DNA of 32,000 bases from Trichodesmium erythraeum IMS101 (GTDB lineage: Bacteria; Cyanobacteriota; Cyanobacteriia; Cyanobacteriales; Microcoleaceae). Position numbers and translations under genes: made by a program. The notes under the pieces are model-generated. The model worked only from the letters and a program-made list of their open reading frames with translations, was not told where the DNA came from and made no database searches. This document shows, piece by piece, positions 1 through 13,176 of the stretch; position 1 is the stretch's first letter; each line of letters opens with the position of its first letter. The stretch lies in NCBI RefSeq assembly GCF_000014265.1, contig NC_008312.1, positions 6,660,001-6,692,000 of the forward strand, written 5' to 3'.

Positions 1-166
1 CGTTTCTTATAATACTCAAATTAATTCGCAGATTTGATATCAAACCTTGCCCTTAGAATTAAGAAAAAATAATATTAGCCATACATCTTTGAAGGCTCTA
101 ACTAAGGGCAGTCAGTGCTAATAACTGATAAGGTTTAATGGTGATAACTGATAACTGGAATAACTT

Positions 167-745
167 ATGGGTTTATTTGACGATTTCAGCCAATTTCTCG
201 AAAACAGACTTGAAGAGTTCCTGCAGAATAACCCCCATTTAGAACTACAGGCACTTGAAGAGCAACTTCGCCAACAGGAAGAAGACACCCTGCGTCTCAT
301 TGTACAACTCCAGCGCCAAGAAAAAAAATTAGAACAAGATATTCTCTCAACGGCTCAAGAAGTTAAGCTTTGGCATAACCGAATTGAAAAGGCACAAACA
401 GCTAATAGAATAGATTTAGTTCAAGCGGCTCAGGAAAGAGAAGCATCTTTTTTACGACAAGGTAATCAACAGTGGGGACAGATGCAAGGATACAAGCAGC
501 GTATTCAGCAGGCGACAGAACTATATCATCAGATTAAACAACGTCGTAAGGAGGTACGAGCAAAAGCTACTCAAGCTGAGACTAGTAGTTATACTGCTAG
601 GAATGAAAAACGTTGGGAAACTGATGGCTGGAATCAAAACAGCTCCTATAATTTTGATAATTTATTCGACGACTTAGAGGAACAGTTTAAAAGCATGGAA
701 ACAAACGAAGAAATTGAAAGAATGAAGCGGAATATGGGAAAGTAG
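167..745 (+). CDS. Conserved cyanobacterial coiled-coil protein (TIGR04376-like; PspA-like heptad-rich architecture)
   Basis: 192-aa ORF starting at ATG. The N-terminus MGLFDDFSQFLENRLEEFLQNNPHLELQALEEQL matches what I recall of the cyanobacteria-specific TIGR04376 family. The sequence is Q/E/R-rich coiled coil. A strong hairpin terminator follows the stop. Confidence 0.8.
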   Translation: MGLFDDFSQFLENRLEEFLQNNPHLELQALEEQLRQQEEDTLRLIVQLQRQEKKLEQDILSTAQEVKLWHNRIEKAQTANRIDLVQAAQEREASFLRQGNQQWGQMQGYKQRIQQATELYHQIKQRRKEVRAKATQAETSSYTARNEKRWETDGWNQNSSYNFDNLFDDLEEQFKSMETNEEIERMKRNMGK

Positions 746-760
746 TTGGATCTTTAGTAG

Positions 761-792
761 GTCAGGAAATTTAATGATTTCCTGACTTTTCT
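761..792 (+). terminator. Rho-independent terminator of the 167..745 gene
   Basis: Perfect 10-bp stem gtcaggaaat/atttcctgac (761-770 and 777-786) with a 6-nt loop, followed by TTTT. It starts 16 nt after the stop codon. Confidence 0.7.
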
Positions 793-952
793 ACCCAGGA
801 AAAATACAGTCATTATGTCAACTAGGCATGTAAATGCTAACGTTATCCCAGAGATGAAAACCTCAGAAGGATGAGAAAAGTAGGAGGCAAAAAATGAAAA
901 CGTGAATTTGGCTAGTAGCTACTCTCGTTGTCATAAACCACAATGAGATGAC

Positions 953-1450
953 TTAAAGCCCTATTTGGAGGTGACGACGATGAAAAAACGAGCAAGTCGA
1001 TTTATATTGGCGTTGCCAATATCCTTGATAGGATAAGATGGAATTGACTACAGAAGAAATGCTATTTAAATACAAGGGAAAACAATCTGTTGAAAAAGAT
1101 TTTAGTTTTTTTACCCCCCTAGAATTAACTGATAGCATATTTCTTAAATCCCTTCATAAAGTAGAAGCTTTAGGACTAATTATGAGCTTATGTTTATTAA
1201 TTTATACTTCAGGCCAACCTCAAGTACGTCAAACTTTAAACTGAACTAAATCTACTGTAAAAAATTAACTAGGCTTTTCTACTAATAAACCTACAAAATG
1301 ATTAGACATTTCAGTGTTTTCAGTTGATTTATTGATTGATTAATTATTGATTAATTGTGGAGTTAGGAGTATCTCTAATCTAACTTATTGGCCCTGAGAA
1401 TTATTGAATTTTTTTCCTCTAAGTTGTCAAAGATACTATCTACTCAGTTG
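953..1450 (+). pseudogene. IS1634/IS4-like transposase, C-terminal remnant with frameshifts and stops
   Basis: The translation ..SRFILAL.. / ELTTEEMLFKYKGKQSVEKDFSFF..FLKSLHKVEALGLIMSLCLLIY.. resembles the YKGQ-VE-FRFLK...RIEAL..LLVY C-terminal signature of IS1634-type DDE transposases. The reading frame is broken several times. Confidence 0.55.
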
Positions 1451-2736
1451 AGAAACTTGATACAAGAACAGGTACAACGTGAAAATCATCAATGATTGAG
1501 TGGCTTGACCAGCAAGTCAAGTGATAGAGAGACTTTGGCTATTTTTGCAGATGTTTATTGGCGATTTAGAGTAACTGATCTCATTCTCAAAGCTGTGTAG
1601 GAGGAGTTAAGGGAGTTACAAGTAAGTTAAAAAGCTGAACCCAAAAACTTTTTCGTCTACGTCCCTCAATAAAAATTTAGGGTAGGGAATAGGTCATTGA
1701 TGTATTGGTTTGGGTTGTTGGAGCCTAGGGGTAGCGATATCACCTCCTACTACTTACTATAAATTTAAGTACTTACTCAAGTTTTCTCGTCTTTTTATAC
1801 TACATTTTATAGTGTAACATGTATGCTAAATGATTTTGAAGATAAATGAGGTATCATGAAAAAGTATAATTGTTTAGCAAATCTGATTTGACTACATATG
1901 ATAGATACTTTTTCTAATATAATGATAAATTTCTATAAAACCAAAACTAATTTTGATAGAGATAAAAGTAGTGTATGTACCATAATCTTTACTAAAGGGA
2001 AGCAAAATATAGGTAAACTTAATTTTTTTAAGGTGAAAAATCTTTGTAAGTGGGTAAATAAAATAAATTACAGACTTAAAAAGCTAAAATCTAATCCTTG
2101 TGTAAATAATTTTGTGTAGGTACTTATATGTTTTCGAAGACTTTCAGATTAAGTTGGTTAGGAAAAATGAGCAGATAATTTGGATATTTGTACGATTTTA
2201 TCCACTGATATTAATACAACAATATTTTCAATAATTTAAATCAGACAATTTATATAAGAATGCTATAATTATAAATTTAAACAGCTTAATTAGTTGAGGA
2301 TTGAGGGAATACCACTATTTTTGGTAATGATTTCAGGTATGGCAATCTTCTGAGTCAGATGTTCTATCTGTTTGTTTTAGCAGGGATTTTATATGGAGTG
2401 TCCTTAAGGCTTTATATGTAATTTCTGTAAAGATTAGTAGCAGGTAAACAAAATAAATTACACATTGAGTGAAGCTAAATTTATTACTGTATAAACATCG
2501 TGTTTTGTAAATATATAAATAATTATGTGTAGGTGCTAAATTTGGTAAACAGACAATAAAAAAGAAGAAAAATAACTGTATCTAAGTAACTTAGAAAATG
2601 CTCTAAAATTGACTTTACCTAAGTTATGTAGTTGATGAAATTGTTATTATATAATTGTTATTATATTATTATTTATATAATAATTAGTCCATTTTTAAGA
2701 CGATTCCAAACCCAGATATTTATAGAAGCAAAAAAA

Positions 2737-2988
2737 ATGTCAATTAACGATGATTTTCTATACCCTCGCAGTCGCTATTATGGTAATTTTAGTCCGGAAA
2801 ATTTAGTATTTAATGCTAACTTACAAGAATTTTCTCAGGAAGTTAGTTTTATCTGTGGCTTAGAAACAGGTGGGAAAATTTCTCAACAAGAAGCTTACTG
2901 CCAACTGAAGAAGCTTTGGAAAAAGTTAAAAAAGTCTAGGAAAAAGTTAGGTATCGGTGAAAATGATCAGAATAGTTCGGAGGAATAA
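2737..2988 (+). CDS. Small conserved cyanobacterial hypothetical protein
   Basis: I chose the internal ATG at 2737 (MSINDDFLYPRSRYYGNFSPENLVFNANLQEF..ETGGKISQQEAY..). The upstream part of the 2632 ORF is an AT-rich low-complexity read-through. The sequence resembles small cyanobacterial proteins I recall with FLYPR..Y.G.F.PENL.FNANLQEF. Confidence 0.5.
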   Translation: MSINDDFLYPRSRYYGNFSPENLVFNANLQEFSQEVSFICGLETGGKISQQEAYCQLKKLWKKLKKSRKKLGIGENDQNSSEE

Positions 2989-3037
2989 AATATTTGAAAT
3001 AAGTAAAAATGTTGAGGAAAAATATGTAATATAATAT

Positions 3038-3137
3038 GATCAGGACTTACGCACTGACTGCCATATCAAGTAGGGGATACAGACAATTTACTACCTACAG
3101 ATAGCGTATTATCTATGAGTTTGCCTAAGTCCTGATC
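3038..3137. mobile_element. MITE-like ~100-bp element with 16-bp terminal inverted repeats
   Basis: gatcaggacttacgca (3038-3053) pairs with tgcctaagtcctgatc (3122-3137), 15/16 complementary. The terminal CAGGACTTA motif is shared with the 20771..21512 element. Confidence 0.5.
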
Positions 3138-3613
3138 ACAAAAAATCAAAACTTATAAACCATAATGTAAAGATATAGTAATTTCCACAGTTTCACAGTT
3201 TACTGGTATAATAATAACGATGGGAAAACCATTTGCGGATATCTTTTTGGGTGACTTATAACATAGTAGAGATAGAGGAATAAAAGCCTGATTTTAACAT
3301 ACCCTTTTACCAATAACATGTTTAATTGGTTAATCTGCAACAAAAGTTTAACGTTCATGATATATTCTCAGCAAGTCTTCACTTTTGAACAGAGCGATCG
3401 CTTGAAGCAAAGTATGAGGTTTAACAACAAAATATTTCCACTTGCTTATCTTCAGTCTGTCACTTCTCTGATATTTAATCAATTCCTTGATGAATATTCT
3501 GGCATAACTCTTGTTAAATTTGAATATAAACTGATGTAGCATTACGAGGCAAGATATTAGCAGGTTAAGGTGGAATAAGAGAGACAAGAACAGAGTAGAT
3601 AACCAGATACCCG

Positions 3614-3960
3614 ATGCCAGCAACCTATAGCCATTATTGGCGACAAAAAGCGATGGAATTTGTTGACAATGGCCAAAGCTAGAGGGAAGTTATCCGGAAT
3701 TTCGGTATCAGTAGAAATACTGGTAGTGCATGGATAAAAGGCAGAAAAGCAACAGGAGAATACAAAGCTTTGACAAGATTTTAGAAAGGATGTCACCGGA
3801 AAATCAAAGACTTAGAACAATTCGGAGAGTTTGTGAAATATAGTGGTCACATTATCCAGGAGAAATAGCTCAACTGTGGGAAGAGAAACTCAGACAGCAG
3901 AATGGTGGCGATGATCTGAAAAATTTGGGAATAATTTTGGAAAAAAAACTTGGTAGTTCT
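3614..3960 (+). pseudogene. IS630-family transposase, N-terminal HTH part with in-frame stops
   Basis: MPATYSHYWRQKAMEFVDNGQS*REVIRNFGISRNTGSAWIKGRKATGEYKALTRF*.. resembles the MPAPYS.DLRQK....G......FGISRNT...W IS630 N-terminus. There are at least 4 stop codons. Confidence 0.6.
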
Positions 3961-4268
3961 GATATATGTAGTGATAAGTTAATATAATTGATTAGTTCTT
4001 GACATTATTAAAAATTTGAAGATTCAATTATTGGCGATCGCTACATATAATCAGCTATCAAATTATCAGGAATTAACCCCAGGTATTCGGACTTAAATAT
4101 ACTATTATCTCATCATAGTAATTGTCAAAAAAATCTCTATAACTCAAATGTCAAATCACCAACTAATCTATACTATGTTTAATAGTAATATTATGGTCAA
4201 AAATGGTACTATTCACAACAAAAAACCAAAATATTAATCTCAAAATTGTCAAAGAAATCATATTAGTA

Positions 4269-5240
4269 ATGAAACCAAAGAATTCCGAAAATAAATTACT
4301 GGCAGAAAAAATTAGTGCAGTGGTGCTTCCTCTTAAAAAATTGGAAGCTTCAGAGATATGATGAGTTTAAGGACTTTTGGCATTGTGTTGATGCTTCTTT
4401 CAAAAAATGCCACAACGTATCTTCGTAATGCTTAATTTTTCTGGTTTTAGCGTTTTGAGAATCAATTCGGTCTATGTGAGATAGAAATATTAACGTTTCA
4501 ACCTCTTGAGTGTAGAGATATTCTCACTGCTCAAAAGTTGATCACCATACCAGATGAAATTCCAAAATGTTACTAAAAGCTGAATACAAGCTAGTTGACA
4601 TCCTCCCAGACCAGGCTGGAGGAATTTAGCAGATTTCAATCCTAAACCAAGACAAAACTCCCTTTATGAGTAGTAAATACGTCAGTGTTTTCATCTAATA
4701 CTAATTTCCTAAAGTCAAACTAAATATACCTTGACATTTTGGTTTTAAAGCTTAATAAATTACTTTTACAAATGTTGTTTAAATTTATGAAAAAAGCTCA
4801 AAAAATCAAAAAAGAATACCCAGGTGCTGAATATCTATATGGTTTTGTTAGACCGAAAACAGAAAAAATATATTAGCTATTTAATTTCAACAAGTTAATA
4901 CTGAATGGCTAAATTTAGCCTATAAAATTTTGGCTCGATCTCTAATAATTTCTGAAAACAAAGTAATTTTAATCCAAGATAATGCAGGTTGGCACCGTAA
5001 CAAAAAAGTTAATATACTAGAAGGAATGATAGTATATTTTATTCAGGCTTATTAATCTGAATTACAACCAGCATAAATATTATGGAAATTAATAGATGAA
5101 CCTCTGGTTAATCAAAGCAAAGCCTTGAAACTATAGAGGAAATAGAATAATTTTTAGTAAAAAGATGTCATACTCTGATCAATCTGAAAGAAGATATAAA
5201 AAATTTGACTAATTACGATTGGTTTGATTTTGTTGAATTT
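4269..5240 (+). pseudogene. IS630-family (Tc1/mariner-like) transposase, heavily decayed
   Basis: Recognisable blocks are MKPKNSENKLLAEKISAVVL.., ..GFVRPKTEKIY.., ..QDNAGWHRNKKV.. (DDE region) and ..KEDIKNLTNYDWF.. (typical IS630 C-terminus). Many stops and frameshifts separate them. Confidence 0.55.
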
Positions 5241-5758
5241 ATAACTAAGTTTTATGAAATAGATTTAGGATGATAACTATTCTCTATATTTAGTCTTTTT
5301 AGCTTAAGTAATAAACTGTTTTTTGTAGCGAGTAAGTTAACAGACTTTTTCTCTCCTAATTTGTAATTTTTAGTAGAAATGAAGCTAAATTATAATTCCA
5401 GACAACACGGACACAACCATGTTTATTTTTAGGCTATCGGTCTTTTTGCACCTGGATAGATACGATACTTAAATCTATCGAGTCATAATTTGAATTTTTA
5501 ACTAATATTTAGGATCATAGGATCACATATTTATTAAAACAAAATCTACTAAAAATTACCCCGATTATGGATGGGTCTTTAAACTCAACTTTTTGCTAAA
5601 TACTTACCTTAAATTTTTCTTAAAGAGTAGTTAATATACTTAAATTAAAAATCAATTAGTATAATTTTTTTATAGTATTCTAAAAAACCATCTAAAGTCT
5701 GCAAATAAATTTAGTTTATGTCCTTTTTCCTTCCGGCTTTTTCCTTTTACCTTACTCA

Positions 5759-6274
5759 TTAATATTCTGCTTTTTCTATTTGGTAACGAATATCATTTAA
5801 GTCCACATATTGGTCTGTAGCATTTCGTAATTCTCTAGCAATCATTCCTTCAGTTGATACAACTGTAATATGAGTATTTTTAGAGCGCAATAGCTCAATA
5901 GCTCTTTCAAAATCTCCATCTCCACTAAACAAGACTACTTCATCATATTGGTCTACTGTATTAAACATATCTACAACAATTTCAATATCTAAGTTAGCTT
6001 TTTGAGAATAGCGACCTGAAACATCATCATAATATTCTTTCAAAATTTTAGTCCGTACTGTATAACCCAAACTAATTAAAGCATCTCGGAATCCTCTTTG
6101 ATCTTGTGGGTCTTTTAATCCTGTATACCAAAAGGCATTTATTAATTTTACTTCTGGTTTATTGAAGTATTCTAATACTCTTCTTGGGTCAAAAAACCAA
6201 CCATTTTTTTGTTGAGCATAGAACATATTGTTCCCGTCAACAAATATAGAAAGACGGTTCATGGAAATTTTCAT
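5759..6274 (-). CDS. NYN-domain (LabA-like) predicted RNase/RNA-binding protein
   Basis: 171-aa ORF containing RLSIFVDGNNMFYAQ.. and ..VVLFSGDGDFERAIELLR.., which are typical NYN/LabA motifs (the acidic residues of a PIN-like fold). Confidence 0.85.
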   Translation of the reverse strand: MKISMNRLSIFVDGNNMFYAQQKNGWFFDPRRVLEYFNKPEVKLINAFWYTGLKDPQDQRGFRDALISLGYTVRTKILKEYYDDVSGRYSQKANLDIEIVVDMFNTVDQYDEVVLFSGDGDFERAIELLRSKNTHITVVSTEGMIARELRNATDQYVDLNDIRYQIEKAEY

Positions 6275-6902
6275 AGAAACTTAATTTAATATTTATTTTA
6301 GATAATTTAGACTCAACCTATCAATGTATCAATATTTTTATCATTTATGCAATATTTAGCTGATCAAAACTTACTTTTTTTCTAGTATATTTCATATTCA
6401 TACTACTAAAAATTACCCTAATATTTATCAAGGGATAAAATAATATTTTTCTGTACCTATAATTTTAATTAAGCTAGCAATCAGTTATTCTATATTTTAG
6501 GCTTTTTTTTATAAAAGAATATTATTTTTATACGGAAAAATTTTTAGTTCTCCTCCTATATTTCAATACAATACCTTTATTTTTTTATTAAGATAATAAG
6601 ATAATAAGTTAATACTTGATTAACCTAATGGCTAAATTTAGCTAAATCCAAAATAATTCACATAATAAGTACCTTAGCCAGATTATTTACCTATTTTAAT
6701 TATCTATGCTTTGTAGAAGGCAAATAATTCGGCTTGTATAAATAAAATATGTAATTAATTTTGCACGACAACTTAAAAGCTGTGTATGCAGAATTCTAAA
6801 TATAGAAAATTGTGGGCAGTAGAAAATTACAGCCCTATAATTCAGAAATTAGATAGATAAAAACTTAAATCCTGATAGATTCTTGGAAACTTATATCAAA
6901 AC

Positions 6903-7550
6903 TTAAGCCTTCTTACTTTCAATTGCCCAACGAGCTAACTCGGTCCGATTATGTAGACCAGTTTTACCAAGCATATTGCTCACATGACTTTCGATCGTTC
7001 TTTGACTAACTTCCATAATTTCTGCAATGTCACGATTAGCCATTCCCTGGGCTACTAATTTGACTACTTTTAACTCTCTGGGAGTCAACTCTACGTTTCG
7101 GCGTACCTTAATTGTTGGCCTATCGCTAAAACTGGAATTGTGATGTTTAATTAGGCGAGAAGCTTGTTTAAGAGAAGATTCTACTTGAGCCACAAGTTCT
7201 TCAGGTTCAAATGGCTTGACAATGTAGACGTCAGCTCCAGTATTAAGACCCTTAACTCGATCCTGAATTTGACCCTTTGCAGATAAAAATAGAACTGGAA
7301 CCCATTCTGTAGCTAAATTTTCTCTGATATGCTGCACTAGGTTGTAGCCATTCATTTGTGGCATCATCACATCACATATAATCAGGTCAGGAATTTGTTC
7401 TTCTAAAAGTTCTAGAGCTTCTCGGCCATTTTCTGCTGTTATTACCTGATATCCGCGAAATTCTAAATAATCTTTCACTAATAAGATTAAATTAGGGTCA
7501 TCGTCAACTAACATTAAATGTTTTGTATTTATAGCGTTTGTTTCCTTCAT
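6903..7550 (-). CDS. Response regulator, REC domain plus LuxR/NarL-type HTH (Ycf29/Rre1-like)
   Basis: REC motifs are LMLVDDDP, DLIICDVMMPQMNGY and VKPFEPEEL. The C-terminal part LTPRELKVVKLVAQGMANRDIAEIMEVSQRTIESHVSNMLGK is a LuxR-type HTH. The ATG at 7550 is preferred, and a GTG at 7565 is possible. Confidence 0.85.
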   Translation of the reverse strand: MKETNAINTKHLMLVDDDPNLILLVKDYLEFRGYQVITAENGREALELLEEQIPDLIICDVMMPQMNGYNLVQHIRENLATEWVPVLFLSAKGQIQDRVKGLNTGADVYIVKPFEPEELVAQVESSLKQASRLIKHHNSSFSDRPTIKVRRNVELTPRELKVVKLVAQGMANRDIAEIMEVSQRTIESHVSNMLGKTGLHNRTELARWAIESKKA

Positions 7551-9473
7551 AATTGAAGAACTCACTTTTTTGATTCCTAAAAATATTAACTTTACAGAGG
7601 GGTGAGCCCACTTATTTCATAAGATACAGTTGGAAGTAGGACAGGTTTACATCTTTCCTTGAAATTAATAATATATATTTTTACCTAGAAGGGTTGGACA
7701 GTATCTAATGCTGAAAGGAGGTTTATCCCCTATTTATTATAGATTATAGATTTTATATTCAATCAATAGTTCTATAATTTAGGTAGATATAGCTAGATAA
7801 TAGTTTTATAGTTGTGGAAAATAGCTCCTACTACTTTTAATAATAAATAAAATATGATAATTCAACTATATTCCCTACTAATAGTATCATAAATATTATA
7901 TATAAATATAGTTTTTATTAACTAAAAAGTAACCCTGCAATGTAAATATTTAGACATATTTTTTCTATAAATTTTAATAATTTACTAAGTCACTATCTAT
8001 TTTGACAAGAGTATAAAAAACTGTTGGCAAAATTAATTAAGTATCAAGAAAGTGTTTAGTAACTAAATCTTTCCGCTGGAATAAGCCTATTGTTCTTCAT
8101 ATCCCTCAAGTTATAATAAAAAAAAATTAACAAGTAATTATGTCTTCAGTTATTACCTAATATTCCTCTTACATATCTCCAAATTCTACATTTTCTTTTG
8201 GCAAAGGATGAGTTATAAAAAAATATTTATCTACAACTTGAGAGCCGATGATAGATTTTTGAATAATTCTTTCAATTATAGGGTTAGTTGCAGAATAGTA
8301 GGATACTTCTTTAGGAAAAATAACCATAGTTGCACCATGAAACAAACTCGTAAACAGTTAGCTTTAGCGTGAAATATATAACCTTAGCTGTTAAGGCCAG
8401 GGTCATTAAGGTTTAATTTTTTCACAAGTTTTTTGAGATAATTTCATGCTTCTAAAACAACTTTTTTTAAGCAAAATTTTGGTTTAGTTTGGTAAGCACC
8501 AATAAAAATATGTCTCTGAATTTTACCTAGTCTGAGAAATTGGACACAAATATCTAGGGACTCTTGACAAATATCTGAGTCAATATTCGACTGTTGAAAA
8601 TATCCTTGGGATATGGCTAGCTGAACGTCAGTCCCATGAGCTTTTTCTCCTGTGTTAAATATATTAACTCTCATCAACTTTCAAGACGCTTTGAATCTGG
8701 TTCTACTACAATAGTCCCTAGTGAGTTAAATGTCTAATGGAGAATGTCAAATGACTTACATTTCTAGAAGATCAAAAGTTTGACTCCCATAATTTTAGTT
8801 TATAGTCTTCTGAGATTAATTTTTGCTCCACCGTTGTTAAGTCAAAAGTTAAAAGTTAAGACTTAATAAGTATACCAAACCCAGTGAGCGAAAAGCTAGT
8901 TTTTCCAAATCCTTCCAACCCTTCTGCTTTCTGCCTTGCTCTTTTAATAAAGCTTCCAGATTTAGTATTACGGCATGGGATCAGACATTATAACTATAAG
9001 GTTTGAATAGTAAAGCTCTTGTAGTGCTAACATCTTGCTCAGTAAATCTTTGCCTTATAGTAGAAGGAAGTGCTGTCAAAGTAATTTCTGAAAAAGTAAA
9101 GGCAATACTCAGGTTAAGTAGCAGGCAGGAGGAATTGATCCTGACACTGAAGGAAGTAGCCTTGTGACAATCTTAGGAAGCAGGCAGCCAGTCTATTTCA
9201 ATGGTTCCTTTTCAGGAAGTCCTAAAGGTCAACTTCAGCTAAAGCGCCTCCTATCTCTTGTCTTTTCAATGAGTTTTCAGTGCCAAAATGTGGAGCAAAC
9301 AGAATTTATCAATGTCCTTAATACTAACTGCCAGGCAGCTTAAGACATTCTTACTACTCTCAGATTTAATACGTGCTGTGAATTTAACTTCTGATTTTTA
9401 AGTTATGACCTTAGCTTATACTTTAGACTTTTGACTATTATATTATAACTTTTGGTAAATACCCAAATCCTCA

Positions 9474-9489
9474 GTTCGGGAACCCGTAC
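9474..9489 (+). promoter_or_regulatory. K-box-like element upstream of groESL
   Basis: gttcgg-gaac-cc-gt-ac fits the GTTCGG-NNAN-CCNNAC consensus that I recall being reported for cyanobacterial groE promoters (light/heat response). It lies 40 nt upstream of CIRCE. Confidence 0.55.
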
Positions 9490-9500
9490 AGCTTAGTTAG

Positions 9501-9529
9501 TTGCCATTGCCATAGTAATTCGGCTAAAT
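9501..9529 (+). promoter_or_regulatory. Putative groESL sigma70-type promoter
   Basis: TTGCCA, then 17 nt, then CTAAAT. The -10 element abuts and overlaps the left arm of CIRCE, as is usual for HrcA-controlled promoters. Confidence 0.4.
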
Positions 9530-9555
9530 TAGCACTCAGATAGTAAGAGTGCTAA
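9529..9555 (+). promoter_or_regulatory. CIRCE operator (HrcA binding site)
   Basis: Perfect consensus TTAGCACTC-N9-GAGTGCTAA, 78 nt upstream of the groES ATG. Confidence 0.92.
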
Positions 9556-9632
9556 AAAAGAACATGAAACTGAGAAATTTGTTTCACCCTTAAGGCTCTC
9601 AACAATAACAAAATATATTTGGAGGTAATGTA

Positions 9633-9944
9633 ATGGCAGCTGTAACACTGAGTGTTTCCACTGTTAAGCCGTTGGGCGAACGTGTATTCGTCAAGGTTAG
9701 CGAATCTGAAGAAAAAACAGCAGGTGGCATTCTTCTACCTGATTCTGCAAAAGAGAAACCCCAAGTAGGAGAAGTTGTCTCAGCAGGTCCTGGTAAACGG
9801 AACGATGATGGTACCCGCGCAGAAATGGAAGTCAAAGTAGGAGACAAAGTTCTCTACTCCAAATATGCTGGTACCGATATCAAGCTCGGTGGCGATGAAT
9901 ACGTCCTACTAGCAGAAAAAGATATTCTTGCAATTGTTAACTAA
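9633..9944 (+). CDS. groES: Co-chaperonin GroES (Cpn10)
   Basis: 103 aa with ..[59 protein letters not shown]... A GGAGG Shine-Dalgarno sequence lies 8 nt upstream. Confidence 0.97.
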   Translation: MAAVTLSVSTVKPLGERVFVKVSESEEKTAGGILLPDSAKEKPQVGEVVSAGPGKRNDDGTRAEMEVKVGDKVLYSKYAGTDIKLGGDEYVLLAEKDILAIVN

Positions 9945-10059
9945 TAATTCTGAAGTTATTCTCCAGCATGGGCAAACTTTTTCTTCATACTTGATGTTTG
10001 CTAAACTGCTAAAACAACTAACTATCAAAATACAAAAAATAAGTATCCACAATTACTAA

Positions 10060-11712
<1,653 letters not shown>

Positions 11713-13176
11713 GTTTTTTGAGATTGGGGACAATTTGAGAATTGTTCCCATCCTGTTTATTTGTGTAAATAGTGTGTATTATTATGTCAGTCACTTCCAT
11801 TTTTTTGGAGGTGGCTTTGCTGTTTGACAGCGGTTTTTTATCCCTAGACTATACTCAGCGGTATTAAGAGCAAATCCAGGTATAACAATAGACTTGCCAC
11901 ATCGCCAGATATGTTAGCTATAGCAACGGCTATAACTTTTACAAATACTCTCTTACACTTGATGGATTTCGTATAGTATAGCAATGAGTTGAGGTTATCA
12001 AAATTCAAAAACTAGAAAGAAAGTCCGAAACTCTTACCTATTCATTGCCCATTTTTTATTTCTCATACCTAAAAAGCAGCAATATTAGATAATAAATAAG
12101 TTACGGACTACCCTCAGTGGTTATCATAGAAACGGGAAGCTATCTCCAAAGATTTAATGAAGAACAACTCATGGGGATGTATAATAGAGTTTTGACTAAA
12201 TAGAGGGAAAAATTACTCCAACCTAGACAGAGCAATAATTTCAATTCTTTTTACTTACCAATAGTTACTACCAATAGTTATAATCTTTACACAACAAAGT
12301 TTTTTGGTGATTTTTTAAGTTATGAAGCGGTAAGTCTAATGAAATTGCTAAGGAAATGGGTATGACGGTTGGGGAATTAGATGACTATGTAGTGAGGAAA
12401 GGTGATGATTAGATATGGAGGGATAATACAAGAAACGAAAAAGCTGACTTGAAAAGGTTTACATTTCTTCTTCCTGTCTGATAACTGAGTCTTTTTTAAT
12501 TATAATTGGCCATGATTTTGGTGGACAACCCATTCACTAACAATCGAAAACCATAAAGTTTCAAATTTCATTTGATCCAAAGATAAAAACCTTTGTCAAA
12601 CACGAGGACGACTTTCAAATTTAGTATATTTTGGTATTTGATTAGCTAAGGTTTTGAAGTGTACCTATCTATCGTTTTGTATCAGGGTGATAAAAATTTT
12701 TAGCATGACCCAGATATTCAAGCTGAACTGATTGATTTTCTGTGTGTTAATGGTGCAATTATGGTAATTTATTCATTTTTATTAAGATGTTCATAAGCCG
12801 CTCAGTAGATATATAAAAACTAAAAGGCTTTTGTCTTCGGAGGTTTGTGAGAAGGCTATCACCTAGGCTTGAAGAAACCCTCTGGAGGTTTTTTTTCAAG
12901 TTAACAATTCAAACATATTAAAAATAGATAAAAATTCTTAAATCGGAGGATAAATAGGGTAGAATTTTGCTTTTTTTATAAACCTATTATATATGTAGCA
13001 ATCCTAAATAGGTTATGGTAATTATTATGATAATTAATTTTAACTGAAATCCTGCGAAATTTTGACTTCTAACTACCATCAAAATATTCAAACATATTAA
13101 AAAGAATTGCTATACAGTATTACCTATTGAGATTACAATTATACTAACTGATTCTTAAGAATAGAGGAGTGTTTTG

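Noticed and set aside
118-300. 60-aa minus-strand ORF overlapping the start of the 167..745 gene
   Set aside because: It is antisense to a well-supported gene and has a serine/cysteine-rich low-complexity translation.
1898-2119. 73-aa plus-strand ORF
   Set aside because: The translation is extremely K/N/I/F-rich and comes from AT-rich DNA. It overlaps one copy of a degenerate direct repeat (2053-2124 versus 2443-2537) and is not credible as a gene.
3318-3796. ORFs 3318..3539 (+), 3348..3623 (-) and 3557..3796 (-)
   Set aside because: They overlap one another and the IS630 N-terminal relic. Their translations show no recognisable family, so they are most likely chance ORFs in decayed DNA.
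4500-4680. Possible third copy of the 150-bp dispersed repeat (shares gctcaaaagtt... and ...ctaaaagc)
   Set aside because: Similarity is short and patchy, and the segment lies inside the decayed IS630 reading frame. This is probably coincidental or only distantly related.
8160-8677. 77-aa minus-strand ORF (MMRVNIFNTGEKAHGTDVQLAISQGYFQQS..) and adjacent fragments (..VIFPKEVSYYSATNPIIERIIQKS..)
   Set aside because: These look like pieces of a broken gene, but I cannot assign a family. Stops separate the fragments. I left them unannotated rather than guess.
9166-9345. 59-codon GTG-initiated ORF (VTILGSRQPVYFNGSFSGSPKGQLQLKRLL..) upstream of groESL
   Set aside because: It has no recognisable homology, no Shine-Dalgarno sequence and no ATG. 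It may be a remnant, and the support is insufficient.
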